NCBI RefSeq assembly: GCF_009914755.1
Contig: NC_060926.1
Length of the DNA stretch: 64,000 nt
Strand: one strand, 5' to 3'
Origin: the human T2T-CHM13v2.0 reference genome, Homo sapiens
Under the pieces are notes generated by a model that worked only from the letters and a program-made list of their open reading frames with translations, was not told the DNA's origin and searched no databases. Below are positions 1-16,162 of this stretch, one piece after another. Every line of letters begins with the position of its first letter. Position 1 is the stretch's first letter. Made by a program: the position numbers and the translations under genes.

Positions 1-984
1 TGAGAAATTTGCAGAGTATGGTAGAGGTTTTTAGATCTTGAAACTGTACAAGGCACTCTTCTGCTTTTAATTTATGCTTTGAAGATTTATACAAAATAGA
101 AAGACCAAATAACTCACTTTCCATTTAAAGTGCTCACGTTTTCCATCTGGTACATTGTTATGAATAACATGTCTGCATGACATAACAGAAAATTTTTCAT
201 ACCAGTGCGGGTCTGCCATCAATTTATAATCAGAAATGTCACATGACGTATTGAAAAGAAATCAGAATTACACACGGTTGCTGCATTTGCCTTCTTATAT
301 TTCTTACCAGAAGCCCTTTTCCTTCTTTTCAGCTGCCTCTGTGAATTGTGTGGAATCATTAGAGAAAAACCCAAGTAGAGAGCTAGCAATTTTACAAAAC
401 TGTAAAAAAGTTCTTTGAATAACCATAACAATGGTATATTTTCAGTGCTTTTCCTGTTATCTTTTTGGTTGCATTTTTAAATCAAAACACAAAATTGATA
501 GATGACAGATAATAAAAAATTTTTATAACCAGATCTCTTCTAATGCTTGAAATTTCAGGTGAATCAACAGAAAGCAATATGAGCATGATTATGCTGCTAT
601 AATGGGTCAGACCAGTACCTCATGCTAACTAAAAGTCTGTCTATGACTGTGGCAGTCATGTGTATTTTCTGAAAAAGAATTCTAGCTTCTCTACAGGATT
701 TCAGACTTAGAAAGTCAGAGACCTGCCCAAAGCTTTCCCAAACTTCTAATTAACAGAGGGCCAAGGCAGAGAACTTGAGTTCTCATTACTGATCTCCCAC
801 TAATGGGATGTGCCACCTTAGGTGTATTGTTAATTTCTGTTTACAGTGTTTCACTTTCTTTATTTCCAGATAAGAAAAGATTCTAATTACAAAAACAATT
901 TTAAAAGAGTCTACACATAGAAGATAATAATTGCTATTATTTTTACTTATCTAAATCTAGGGAATCATGATTGCCAACAATCAC

Positions 985-1665
985 TCAGCACCAACAATTT
1001 ACTGAATGTTTATCTGCCTGCATTCTTCTTGTGGCTGGAAATGTAGCAGTGAACCAGACCGAGACCCTGATCCGCTGGGTATATAGCTGGGGGAGTCAGA
1101 CATTCATGAAAATGACTTCTAGTGCCACAGATATTTCAAAAGATGCAGTAAAGAGTTCTGTGGGTCTGAATGATATGGTGTGCTAACCAAATATGTGAAG
1201 GTGGCGAAGGTCTCCTAGAAGAATTGGTGCAAAACTTGAGTCTCAAAGGATGAGCTGGGTGAGGAGTTGGGCACAGTATTCTGGGCAGTGGGAACATCAT
1301 GGACAGAAGCCTGAATGCAGCGGAGAGACTGACTCACTTGTGGGCATGAAGGAGATCAGCATGACTGGATTGGAGCTCACTTCCTGGTGTTTTCACCTCA
1401 TTGCATGTAAGCATCAATGGACCTACCCCTGCTTCTGGCCATATCAAACAGTTCAATAGTTTGGCATCTTTGTGATCAGCTTACAGAAGTGCTGTGGGCT
1501 TTGTCAAACCAGTTAGGAAGCTCTAGCTTACTGGTCGAGAGAACTTGGCATGAGAGGATGCTGACGAGTTAGACAGAGGTCTGATTGGAAGGGGCTGGGT
1601 GCTGAGCGGGAGTTGGGAAAGGAGGAGTTAGTGCAGGCAACACATTCAAGTTCATTGAAGGTTAG
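985..1665. mobile_element. Degenerate L2 LINE fragment, interrupted by the MaLR LTR at 1666 and probably resuming after 2040
   Basis: L2-like text 'tttactgaatg...gtagcagtgaaccagac...gagtctcaaaggatgag'; boundaries approximate. Confidence 0.5.
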
Positions 1666-2039
1666 TGATATGGTTTGGCTGTGTTCTTATGCAAATCTCA
1701 TCTCAAATTATAATCCCCATAAACCCCGCGTATCGAGGAAGAAACTTGGTGGGAGGTGACTGGATCATGGGGCCGGTTTCCCTCATGCAGTTCTCCTGAA
1801 AGTGAATAAGTTCGGATGGGATCTGATGGTTTTATAAGTGTGTGACAGTTCCTCCTTCATGTGGTCTCTCTCTCTCTCACCTGCTGCGATATAAGTCGTG
1901 GCTGCTTCTCCTTCTGCCATGATTGTAAGTTTCCGGAGGCCTCCCAGCCATGTGGAATTGAGTCAATTAAACCTCTTTTCTTTATAAATTACCCAGTCTT
2001 GGGAGGTTCTTTAAAGAAGTGTGAGAACAGATTAATACA
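1666..2039 (+). mobile_element. MaLR solo LTR (THE1/MSTA type)
   Basis: Starts TGATATGGTTTGGCTGTG, ends 'ataaattacccagtc...attaataca'; 5-bp TSD gttag/gtcag. Confidence 0.9.
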
Positions 2040-2181
2040 GTCAGAGAGGCCTTTCTGAGCATAAGTTCTTGACTATACTAAGGGCAATTGAGAGCCATGG
2101 AAAATGTTTAAGCAGGAGAAAAGTTTGTCTGAGAAGGGGAGGAAGAGATTCTGAGGTGCCTTTAAGAAATCCACTTGTAGG

Positions 2182-2517
<336 letters not shown>

Positions 2518-2873
2518 TCAGAGAAGAGTCTGACCCCAAGCCCAGTTCTCCAGAGTCATTTTGATTCTAAGAAACCTTGATATTCTTTCAATACGTTCCT
2601 TTTTTTTTTTTTGTCCACCATAGCCCTGGTTGGTTTCTGTTGCTTGCGATGAAAGAACCCTTACAAATGCAATAATGCAGAAGTAACAATGAAGATGACA
2701 CTGATTCACACAAGATTTAATTTGTTACATGAGTAAATAAACAAAGCAAAATGAACAGAATTTACTATACTGCATCCCTGCTGGGAGTATGTTGAGCTAT
2801 CTGGCCTGGAAGGCCTTTGTGACCTGTTGAAAGAATATACATGGATTTACTTCAGGAGAAAAATAAAGTGTTA

Positions 2874-3353
<480 letters not shown>

Positions 3354-3441
3354 TTACTTTTTGTCATACTTGTATAGTCAGTGAAAGGCTTTTTTCTGTA
3401 TACATTGGAAAACTAATTTTTAAATTTAATATTTAAAGCAT

Positions 3442-3755
3442 GGCCGGGCACGGTGGCTCACACCTGTAATCCCAGCACTTTGGGAGGCCGTGACTGGTGA
3501 ATCACAAGGTCAGGAGATCAAGACCATCCTGGCTAACACAGTGAAACCCTGTCTCTACTAAAAATACAAAAAATTAGCCAGGCATGGTGGCAGGCGCCTG
3601 TGGTCCCAGCTACTCAGGAGGCTCAGGCAGGAGAATGGCGTGAACCCGGGAGGCGGAGCTTGCAGTAAGCCGAGATCGGGCCACCGCACTCCAGCCTGGG
3701 CGACAGAGCAAGACTCCGTCTCAAAAAAAAAAAAAATAAATAAATAAATAAAATA
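3442..3755 (+). mobile_element. Alu (AluY-like)
   Basis: Full dimer, 'ggcggagcttgcagt', (AAAT)n tail, TSD taaagca. Confidence 0.95.
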
Positions 3756-5214
3756 AAGCAGATAGCAGTTGATATATATGAATTGGGCACAAATTAGCTA
3801 GACTATCTTCCTAGGGCAAATGATGTCATTTTATTTGACTCCTTTTCTGTTTTAGCTGAGTTTTTTCCAGCTACTTTAATAAAGAATTAATGATAAATTT
3901 TTTCTCTACTTGTATTACTTCAGCAGATTAATTTTCCATTTTGTCCACGTAGAGATTAAGATGGTAGCATCCCTATACAAAATCTTATTACCCATATTCA
4001 CTTGGAAAAATATCATGAAAAGGTTTTACTAAAATGAATGAGGTGAAGCCATTCAGTTTTGACTGTAAGTTTCAGAGGTCGTTTCATCAATGCGTAAGTA
4101 GCCTAAAGACTTCACTGGAGTTTTATAAGAATGCAAAAGAGAAAAGCAAACCTACGAAGACGCATAAAAATTATGAACTCTGGGAGTTATCTAATTTACA
4201 CATGGTTTCTTTTCATAAATTCAGGCAGAAGCGTAACCTATTTCTCACCCCTAGTTTTTGGAACTTCTTCCTGTTCCTATGCTTGGTTACGTGTGGATTT
4301 GGTCTAGACATACCATCCATTAAGCAACCAATTTCACAGTTAAGTGAGTTGTCTGTGTTTAGATTTCCTGTTGCCCTCTTAAACCCTATTGTCTTCATCC
4401 CTTGTGATCATCAAATTATATACATCATGGGTATCCTATTTCAGAGATATGACCCAGTGGCTCTCATCTTAGCTCTCATCTTAGTGGCATCTCATCTTCA
4501 TTCCTGGTAGAATTCCCACCCTTTGCTGTTCCACATGATTTTCTTTTGCCCTAGAGCAATTGTCTCAATGTACAATTGAGCCTTGATAAGGAAGTCTTCA
4601 GGAAATTCTTTGATGATGACAGGCATGTTTGTATTCCTACCCATGTTAATGAGACAAACATGAAATCAGTTTGAAAACCTTAATGCTGTTAAATTTTAAT
4701 TAATGTAATTTTTCTTCTGATGCCTCCTTCAAGGAAGCATAATTAATTCTTCTCTCACATTTCTTTCAGTTCTCATTAACCTCCTCCCCAAAAGAAGTGC
4801 CACTTTTTCTAAAATTTCAAATATGAACTACTGAAGTTATTGTCCTAAGAGATTTTTAAATCAAATATATATTCAAGTGTGAAGAAAATTAACTCTCTAT
4901 CAAAAGCTCAGAAACAAGAGATAACATGATGTAGTCATCTACCAAGCAGCACTTCTCTTATTTGGGAAAGTAACATTCTATTCCTCAGTCACACCCATCC
5001 ATCTGCCCCCTCCAGGTGTCTGACAAGAGCATCTCTAAAGGTAGTGGGGCTGGGAGGAGCTACTAACTTTTTCTGAACCAGGCAACTAAAGTTATAACCT
5101 CATGCCAGTGGTTTACAACTTTTTTAACTTACATTTTATCTAATTGAGAAACAAAAAGCCAGATGTTTCTGTGACTGAGGTTCAAAAAATTAGCCCATCC
5201 CTAAACAATACTGG

Positions 5215-5530
5215 TCAAGTCTCTTTCAATTGCAAGCATCCAAAATCTCACTCTAACTGGCCTGAGCAAATGAGTTAACATGTTGGCTCCTATAATTGAA
5301 AAGTTCACAGGCATCAAACACAGCTGGATGCAGATGTTTAATATGTGTCATCAGAACTTGGACTCTTTTTCAATACTCCTGGCCCTGCCTTCTCCACATT
5401 GGCTTGTTTTCAGGCAGGACTCCTCCCATCCACAAATATACAGTGATAAGATGTCTAGCGGCAGTTCCAGGCTTTTATTCTCCTAATTTAGCAGAGGGAA
5501 GAATGCCTCTTTCTCCATTGATGCACTCTT
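5215..5530 (-). mobile_element. Old MLT1-family LTR remnant
   Basis: 'ttgcaagcatccaaaatctcactctaactggcctgagcaaa...ttggctcctataattgaaaagt' resembles old MLT1 LTR ends. Confidence 0.45.
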
Positions 5531-6304
5531 TCAGAGACTCAGTAAACAGCATCTGTCTTTGCTGCGTAGATTTGGAACCATTGAGAAATAAGAAAATAAG
5601 GAGCCCAAATACCACCCTTATTACTGATAAAGTTGGCCTTAGATGTCAGTTGGCCTCAGATGGACTTCTTAATATGAACCATATAACCAGGCAGACTTTC
5701 TACTCAGTCCTGGACTGGGTCTCCCAAAGGGGCCTCTGTGAGCAAGCTGGCCTAGTGAACGTGCCCCATTTATTCTTTTCAAATTTACCAATTAGATAAG
5801 TCATTCTTCCTTGAAGACTGGGAGGAGGGGTTGAGAAAGGCCAGAGCTGTTGCATCTAGCGAAGCTGGAGATGTCATGAATGTGGAGAAAGTTCTGACCT
5901 AGTATCTCCTGGCTCTTTTTTTTCTTAACCCACTGAATTAACTATTAAACCCATGAGCAGCCAGAAATGTGGCTGCCTCCCTCCAAGGACAGTTTTATTC
6001 CCTCCTTTATAGGGCCACCCCCAATAGTGAAAACCACTTCATTGAGGATCCCTCTGGATCTTCAGTGGTCACCCAGAGCTCTGAAGTGGGTTAGAGCAAA
6101 ACAGGCATAACTCAGAGATATTGTGGGTTTAATTCTAGACGACCCTAATAAAGCCAAGATTGCAATATAGCAAGTTGCACAAACTTTTTGGTTTCTCAGT
6201 GGATACAAAAATGATATTTCTACTACACCGTAGTCTTTTAAGTGCGCAATAGCATTCTGTCTAAAGAAACAATGTACATACCTTAGTTAAAAATGCCTTA
6301 TTGC

Positions 6305-6700
<396 letters not shown>

Positions 6701-7372
6701 CTATGTTAATGACTGCTGACTGATCAGGGTGGTGGTTGCTGAAGTTTCTTAGAATAAGACATCAATGAAGTTTGCCACATCAATTGACTTTTCCTTTCAC
6801 AAAAGTTTTCTCTGTAGCTTGTGATACTGTTTGAAAGCATTTTACCCGCAGTAGAACTTCTTTCAAAATTGGAATAAATCCCCTGAAACTCTACCACTGT
6901 TTTATCTGCTATGTTTATGGAATAGTCTAATGAAGCTGTCATTTCAACATGTTCACAGCATCTTCACAAGGTGTAGATTCCATCTCAAGAAACCACTTTC
7001 TTTGTTCTTCCATAAGAAGCAACTCCTCATCTGTTAAAGTTTGATTAAGAGATTGCAGCAATCCAGTTACATCTTCAGGATCCACTTCTAATTCTAGTTC
7101 CCTAGCTATTTCTACCATATCTGCAGTGACTTCCTTCACTGAAGCTTTGGATCCCTCAAAGTCATCCATGAAAATTAGAATAAATTTCTTCCAAACTTCT
7201 GTTAATGTTGAAAATGTGATCTCCTCCCGTGAATCATGAATGCTCTTAATGGCATCTGGAATGGTAAAACCTTTCCAGGTTTTCAATGTACTTTGCCCAG
7301 ATCCATCAGAGGGATCACTATCTATGGCAGCTATAGCCTTACCAAATGTATTTCTTTAACCATAAGACTTGA

Positions 7373-7690
7373 GACTGGGCGCCGTGGCTCACGCCTGTAA
7401 TCCCAGCACTTTGGGAGGCCGAGGTGGGCGGATCACGAGGTCAGGAAATCAAGACCATCCTGGCTAACATTGTGAAACCCCGTCTCTACTAAAAATACAA
7501 AAAAATTAGCCAGGCATGGTGGCTTTCGCCTGTAGTCCCAGCTACTTGGGAGGCTGAGGCAGGAGAATCGCTTGAACCCGGGAGGTGGGGTTGCGGTGAG
7601 CCGAGATCGTGCCACTGCACTCCAGCCTGGAGACAGAGCAATACTCCGTCTCAAAAAAAAAAAAAAAAAACCGAAAAACAAAAAACAAAA
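7373..7690 (+). mobile_element. Alu (AluSc/Y-like) nested in Tigger1
   Basis: Full dimer; TSD aagacttga/aaaacttga. Confidence 0.95.
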
Positions 7691-8194
7691 CTTGAAAGTC
7701 AAACTTAGTCCTTGATCCATTTGCTGCAGAATGAATGCTGTGTTAGCAAGCATGACAGTAACATTCATCTCCTTGTACATCACTAGAGCTCTTTGGTGAC
7801 GAGGTGCATTGTTAATGAGCAGTAATATTTTGAAAAAAACAAACAAAAAAAACTTTTGCTTTGAGCAGTAGTTCTCAACAGTGCACTTAAAATAGTCAGT
7901 AAACCATGCCATGCTGTAAATAAATGTGCTGTCACCCAGGCCTTGTTGTCCTACAACCAGAGTAGATTTAGCATAATTCTTAAGGGCCCTAGGATTTTCA
8001 GAGTATAAATGAGCATTGGCTTCAACTTAAGTAATCAATTGCATTAGAACCTAACAAGAGAGTCAGCCTGCCTTTTGAAGCTTTGAAGCCAGGCATTGAC
8101 TTCTCCTTTCTAGCTATGAAGGTCCTCAATGGCATCTTCTTCCAATAGAAGACTGCTTCATCCACATGGAAAATCTGTGGTTTACTGCAGCAAC

Positions 8195-8498
<304 letters not shown>

Positions 8499-9232
8499 TA
8501 CTGCAGTGACTTTATCAATTATCTTAGGTATAGATTTTTTCTGGATAATTTTCTACATCAGCACTTGCTGCTTCCTCTTGCTCTTTTATGTAATGAAGAT
8601 GGCTTCTTTCCTTAAACCCCATGAACCAACCTCTGTTAGCTTCCAAGTTTTCTTCCACAGCTGCTTCACCTCTCTCAGCTTTCATAGAATTGAAGAGAGT
8701 TAGGACCTACTCTGGATTAGGCTTTGGCTTGTGGGAATGTTGTAGCCAGTTTGATCTATCTAGATGGCTAAAACTTTATATCAGCAAGAAAGCAGTTTTG
8801 CCTTCTTATCATTCGTGTGTTCACTGGAGTAGCATTTTTCATTTCCTTCGAGAACTTTTCCATTGCTTTTACAACCTGGATAACTGGCACAGGAGGCCTA
8901 GCATTCAGCTTATCTTGGCTTTTTTCATGCCTTTCTCACCAAGCTTAATCCTTTATAGCTTTTGATTTGAAGTGGGAGATGTGTAACTCTTTCTTCACTT
9001 GAACGCTTAGAGGCCATTGTAGGGTTATAAATTGGCTTGATTTCAATATTGTTGTGTCTCAGGGAATGGGAAGGCCCAAGAAAAGAGAGAGAGAGAGAGA
9101 GAAAGAAAGAAACAACTGGTCAGTGGAGCAGTCAGAACACACAACATTTATCAGGTTCTCCTCCATCTTGTATGGGCACAGTTTGTGTTGCTCCCAAATA
9201 GTTAGAATAGTAACATCAAAGATCACTGATCA

Positions 9233-9778
<546 letters not shown>

Positions 9779-10531
9779 TTATGCCTGGACATTAATTCAA
9801 CCAACTTCAAAGCCGGTTTGTATCAAAGACTGAATATTCACTTCCTATTCTCTTTCCCATCCCACCTGATGTCCTGGATCATCCATTATAGTCTTTCAGC
9901 GGTCAAATGAAATCATAAAAACACTCCACTAATGAAATGCATAGAAATTTCAGTCATACATTCCAACAATTTAGAGATCCCCCAAATGTAACCATAACAG
10001 TTTTTTAATGATCAAAGTCCTGGGAAGAAATTATAAAGTCCATAATAAAGCTCCCTTTTAAATTATAAGCCACAGATATTAAAGTCTAGAGAATATTATA
10101 TTCTATAAATAAATGTCACGATTCTTGTGCACGGAAAGGTCAAAGTCCAAATGTCTGATGTTAAAGTTCAAAAGCCATTCTCCAAAATGTACTATTCAGT
10201 AGCTCAGTCTTATTGTGTGAGGCTGTGGGTATGTTGGAAGAGGGAAGCGGGTGGTTCTTTCTGGACCTCAGAAATTATACTAGTTCCACACCAAATCTCT
10301 CACTTTCTAAAGAACCCAGAGAGTTAACAGGACACACAGATTTCTGTAGCACTGGCATCACACTCCTCATTTTTAGAAAACAAGTTAATACCCAACCTTC
10401 TAAAGCAGCCATCCTTAGCAAAATTATGTACCAAGAACTGAGTATTTTATGCTGCCAAAAAGCGTTACAGACATATGGAGGTGTTTGAAGAGAGGATAGT
10501 AGGTGAAAATCTTTTTTTTTTAATCTACCAA

Positions 10532-10987
<456 letters not shown>

Positions 10988-12235
10988 TCCCCCAATGCTA
11001 GTTGCCTGGACTCCATGGCCTATAAACAGATATTCAAGTAGAAGAAGATTCTCAGAAAGAAAGAAGTTCATTCTGGCACTTTGTATTTACCATAATTTGG
11101 GAGAAACATCCATTTCTGCCCACTCTCTCCATTCCTGGAGAGTGGCATTTGAGACATTGCTGTCTTCTTGCGCAGTTTGCAAAGTGGCAACAACAGCCGC
11201 AGTCACTAAGTCTTGTTTAAGATTCCTGTTTTTCTTCTCATACTGGAAAACTCTTAATTGCTGTTTTCTCTTGATCCCTGTTTTTCTGGCACTCTGGGGC
11301 TGCCTTCAGGGTAGGTTCAGCCTAATGAGATAGAATCTACCCTTTCTGGGAACAGGTATATAGATTCCTGAGGAACAAGAAATCTGCCTCCTTAGAGAAA
11401 TACTATTTCCAATTCAGAGCCAAATTTTGACTAGATTTTCAGGCGTGGGGTTGGGGACCATTGGGGGGAAGGAGTTACGGATAATTCTTGAGCCTGTGGA
11501 TAAACCTTGCAAATTTTTCTCCCATCACTGCTCTCTCCCTGAAAAAGCAGAGTGGAATTTGCATTTGCGCACACCTAGCACACCAGACTTAGGCCCAAAG
11601 GAAACACATTAAATCTAAAACTCCCCAGGGCTCTGTAGTGCCTGAGACGGAGTTGCCTGGTGATTTAAAAGAAGACAAATATTATTTTGCCTATCAATGC
11701 TCAATGGTCCTTAAAGACACCTTTTCCCTGTCATCAATTCCTGGGATGAGTTGTTCCTACTTAGGAAAAGGTGTTTCCGCTTGCAGAATTGGTTCTGGAT
11801 TTCCCATCAGCCTAGCAAGATTGGAACTTAGACCTGGTGTACATTAAATTATTCAGAAATTATGTCCTTACCTAATACAAAAAAAAAGCAATCTTTAAAT
11901 TTCTGGCCAAATATCAATTTCCTGAAGTCACGTAACTCCAAATCTAAGGATCTCAAGTCTTCTAGTGAGAATTCCAGAATATGTTTCTTATAGATTTGAG
12001 GAAGTAAATCATCTTAGAATAACTGTCTCCCTTCCTCCCTCTCTCCCTGGTACCACATAGTCTTTTCTCCATTGCAAATAGAGGAAATGACAAAATGTGC
12101 TATGTTCTAATTTTTATGAAATCTGCCATGATGTATTTTATTTATTATGACCCTGAGTCCCAGGTTGGGTTTATGGTATTCTACTTTCTGCCTATGCAAT
12201 TGACGAGTATTATGTTTCCTCTCTCTTTTGGAAAG

Positions 12236-12598
12236 TGATATGTTTTGGCTGTGTCCCCACCCAAATCTCATCTTGAATTGTAGTTCCTACAATCCCCACG
12301 TGTTGTGGAAGGGACCTGGTGGGAGGTAATTGAATCATGGGGGCAGGTTTTTCCCATGCTGTTCTCATGGTAGTGAATAAGTCTCAAAAGATCTGATGGT
12401 TTTATAAATGGGAGTTCCTCTGAACAAGTTCTCTTGCCTGATGCCATGTAAGATGTGACTTTACTCCCCCCTCATCTTCCACCATGATTGTGAGGCCTCC
12501 CCAGCCATGTGGAACTGTGAGTCAATTAAACCTCTTTCTTTATAAATTACTCAGTCTCTGGTATATTTTTATTAGCAGCATGAGAATGAACTAATACA
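12236..12598 (+). mobile_element. THE1-type MaLR solo LTR
   Basis: TGATATG..TGGCTGTGTCCCCACCCAAATCTCATCTTGAATTG start, 'ctaataca' end, TSD gaaag/taaag. Confidence 0.92.
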
Positions 12599-14299
12599 TA
12601 AAGTTTGTAAGTAGCGCTATGTGCTATGTGGTCATTCTGCTCCAAGGCTCATGGGTTTGTCATGAACCCTGCATGTTACACAATGCTAAAGAAGCAATTG
12701 TCTGCACAGGTGTCTCTTAAATTAACTTAAGAATATCTATCAAGCACCTATTTTGTGCAAGGTGGTAGGGATACAAAGACCACAGTCTCTAATTATCTTA
12801 AGCTTTTAGTCTAGTGAATATCTTCCCTCTTACTTTTAAGGTGCCAAGTGTCAGAACTTGTTGCTGTTTGTTGAATTCCAAGAGGCAATGGAGAAAATGT
12901 AGGAATAAACTACATTTTCTTCTACATTTAAGATGTAAAGGGAACATTTTCTTAGTAGAAAATCCTTACTTTTCAGAAAATAACTTCTTAGGTAAAGCAC
13001 ATCATTTTAACCCTTTTTGCAGAAAAAAAAAATACAATGCTTCTGGTTCAAGGTGGCAATTTGAGCACATATGTTTGAATCCTCCTCTTTCCCAAATAAC
13101 CATGAAAATGCAGGAGACACTTTTTAGCATTGCTGAAACCACAACAGGGTGACATCCACATGTTCAAACTGAGTGGAATTCATGGAGGATATATGCAGAT
13201 AGAAGAAGTTGAGTGATGGGCAAGACGACCAATGGTTTTCTGCACAAGAAGAAGCCAGTCAGAGAAGTAGGTGGAAGCACCTTCTACCCCAGAGAGGGAG
13301 CTGGAGGAAAGGGTGGGCTTTGGGGGGGTCTTTGAGGTGCAAATTTCTGTGACACTGGTCATAGCTCACATAGAGAGCGATTGCTGCCACGGCTCTTAAA
13401 TTATTTGAACTCACACATTACGTAGCTGGTCATTCCTAGGCAAAAAGCCAGGGCTTCCTTTGCTGAATCCTAACGAGGCAGTTATGCCAGGTAGGAAAGG
13501 GAAGTGCTGCCCCAGCTAGCTAGATGCCGCAACAGAGGAGGCAAGGAATTCCTCCAAAGAGAGAGGCACACTTGGGTGTGATGGCCTTTGGTTTGAAGCT
13601 GGAGTTCCTTCTTACTCCCCAAGTTCATGGGCCACCAGCCTGAGAAAGCAGTGAAAATGCTTTCCTTTGTCTGTTTTCTTGTTTTTGTTTTTATCAAAGA
13701 TTTGAACAGGTACACTTGCAATTTCTGATGAAAGCATTTTAACCAACATAGATACACCTCTATCTGTTTTTGCAAGGGTAGGTAAATAGAGGTGAATGGC
13801 AGGACAGATAAGTGAGAACCCCCAGCTGTCAAAAGGAGAGGACCATTATGAGAAAAGGTGTTCTTGTGAGACAGTGATTATAAAAGAGGACTAAAATGTC
13901 TAAAAGCTCATCTTCCAAAATTGATTAAATAAAGTGCCTCATCGCCATAAAATGGCAGCCATTAGAATGATATGATTAGAAACATTTATTGCATGAAAGG
14001 ATTTTCACAATATATTGCAAAGCTTAAAAAAAAGAGAGCAAGAAAACAAATGAAATAATAGCAGAATGAATGCATTGTGTGTATGGATGGGAGGAAGGCG
14101 GGAGTGAGGGTTGGCAATAATAGGAAGATCAATACTAAAAAATTATACACCAAAATAGTTAATAAGGCAAAAAGTTAATATAAGTCTGGAATTTGATTTC
14201 AATGATTTTATAATCTTTTTGATGATGTATTTTTAATTTTTTCACACAAAATGAACATAAAGGGATATGTTTTTCTTAAAGTAAATATTGTTTCTCAGA

Positions 14300-14700
14300 A
14301 AGCTTACTTCCCAGAAAGACACTAGACTGAAACTATATTATGGATGCGTTCTTAACACTTAACAAAGAGAGGGGTAATTTCAATTCTATTTAAAATATTC
14401 TTCAATGCAGGAAGAAATGGAAAGTATACCAATTCATTTTATGAAACTATCATATCTCTGGATATCAAAGCCTAACAAAGGGAGTTGGAAAAAAATCAAG
14501 CAGGAGCCAATTTCGGTTGTGAATATGATGCAAATTTTTGAAAATGATAATAGAATTGTTTTTAGTATTTTGGTAAGTAATAATGCTATGGCCAAGTAGC
14601 GTTTCATCTCAAAGTGCGAACATATTTTAATACTAGCAAGCTTATTAACAAAATTGTTAAGCACATCAGAAAGATAAGCTAAGGCTCTAGAGATGCTTAT
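14300..14700 (+). mobile_element. Ancient L1M ORF2 fragment
   Basis: 'attcattttatgaaactatc...atatcaaagcctaacaaag...ccaatttcggttgtgaatatgatgcaaat' matches decayed NSFYEASI-LIPKP...RPISLMNIDAK coding sequence. Confidence 0.55.
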
Positions 14701-15102
14701 ATTTGTGACACACAAAGCAAGAGAAAATGGCTTTCATTTCAATCTGGCACTTTGCTGCGATGGTACATTCAACAGAGAAAGAGGGCCCTGTCACAGGTGA
14801 CCCCCAACAAGGATAGCCTTGCCAGTTACAGGTGGCAGGCTGGGAGGTTGCCACAACCTAGCGAGGAGAAGACTGATGGCTCAGAATGTCGTACTCACTC
14901 TCTATTGAAGAAGTTTGGTCCTCTAAAACGACTAAACAAACAAAGCAACAACAACAACTACAACCACCTAAGTTTTACCCCACTCTCCCCTTCGGACCCT
15001 GAAAGACTTGTGCAGGGATTTAAACCATCTCTGACAAAATCCCCTATCAAACAGACAATGAAGAAAACTTTAAAAAATAGGTCAATCATTTTATTCTTCA
15101 GT

Positions 15103-15167
15103 AATTATATAAATAGGTAATTCATTTTATTCTTCAGTAATAAAATGAATTACCTATTTATATAATT
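15103..15167. repeat. Perfect inverted repeat, 29-bp arms with a 7-nt loop
   Basis: aattatataaataggtaattcattttatt - cttcagt - aataaaatgaattacctatttatataatt. Confidence 0.95.
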
Positions 15168-16162
15168 CAATAATAAATTACCTATTCAAAGAAACAGAAG
15201 CAAACTTAAAAAATAAGTAGTTCATTATATCACTGAAAATTGTGAGGGCATTTGATTTAGATCAAGATGTGAGGTCAGGAAACGCTTCCTAGGGGTGAAA
15301 ACAAGTTATTTAAAAAATGTGATGGAAGCAGTAAATTGCAGATGTAAGAGGCAGAAATAAAATCGGCAAATTGGAAGACAACTTGGAATTCTCCCAGCAT
15401 TAAGAGAAAAATAAAAGAATCAATATGATGAGAAGAAACAACAGACATGAATGAGCGATCCTGATAGTTCAGTTTATGCATGAAGACTTTTAGAAGATGA
15501 CAGAAACAGATCTGAGTCAGTGAAGATGTGATCTTCTTAGCAAAAGGGCTAAGAAAATGCCAGGCACATTAACAAACACATTCCATACATAGTCATAAAC
15601 ATAAAATTTCTGAATTTCAGAGACAAAGGAGAATCTTTAAATGGAAAGTTAAAGGTATCCTGACATACAGCTGCAGAGACAGACACTGTATTGCCTCGGG
15701 GAGAACTCCAGCCCCAAAGGTGAGTAGGTGATGGAGAAGAAGCAGAGTTTGACATGTACAAAGCTAAAGTGAGTCTCTAAATATTTCAAATATTCCAAAT
15801 ATTCCTCTCTCTGTGAAAGAAAATAGATAGTGCTTTTCCAAAATATGACAAGGATCCAAAAGAATTATGTTTCATTACCAATAAGAAGGGGTGAAATGAA
15901 AAGTAGTTTTTGGTACTGTCAATAATAAAAAACACATTTTGATCACTAGGCTATAGAAATTCTCTTACACGTCTCTGTATAGATAAAGGCATTACAAAAT
16001 TTTTGTCATTTGGGGGGTGATTAAAGAATATGCAACAAAAAATGTAGAAAAATATGTATAATATTGCAGAAGTATACCAGACAATTAATTAATATAAATG
16101 CTATATGGTTTTTCTGGACTTTCTGAGTTTTGTCGTATGTTCTGATATTTGAAGATTGTGTT

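Noticed and set aside
4457-4498. Short tandem ctctcatcttag duplication
   Set aside because: Ordinary slippage duplication of 2-3 short units.
4034-4510. 158-aa ORF in unique sequence
   Set aside because: No recognisable domain, AT-rich composition, no splice or promoter support; within chance expectation.
6939-7286. 115-aa transposase-like ORF as a functional or domesticated TIGD gene
   Set aside because: Only a C-terminal fragment; the upstream frame is broken by stops, frameshifts and Alus.
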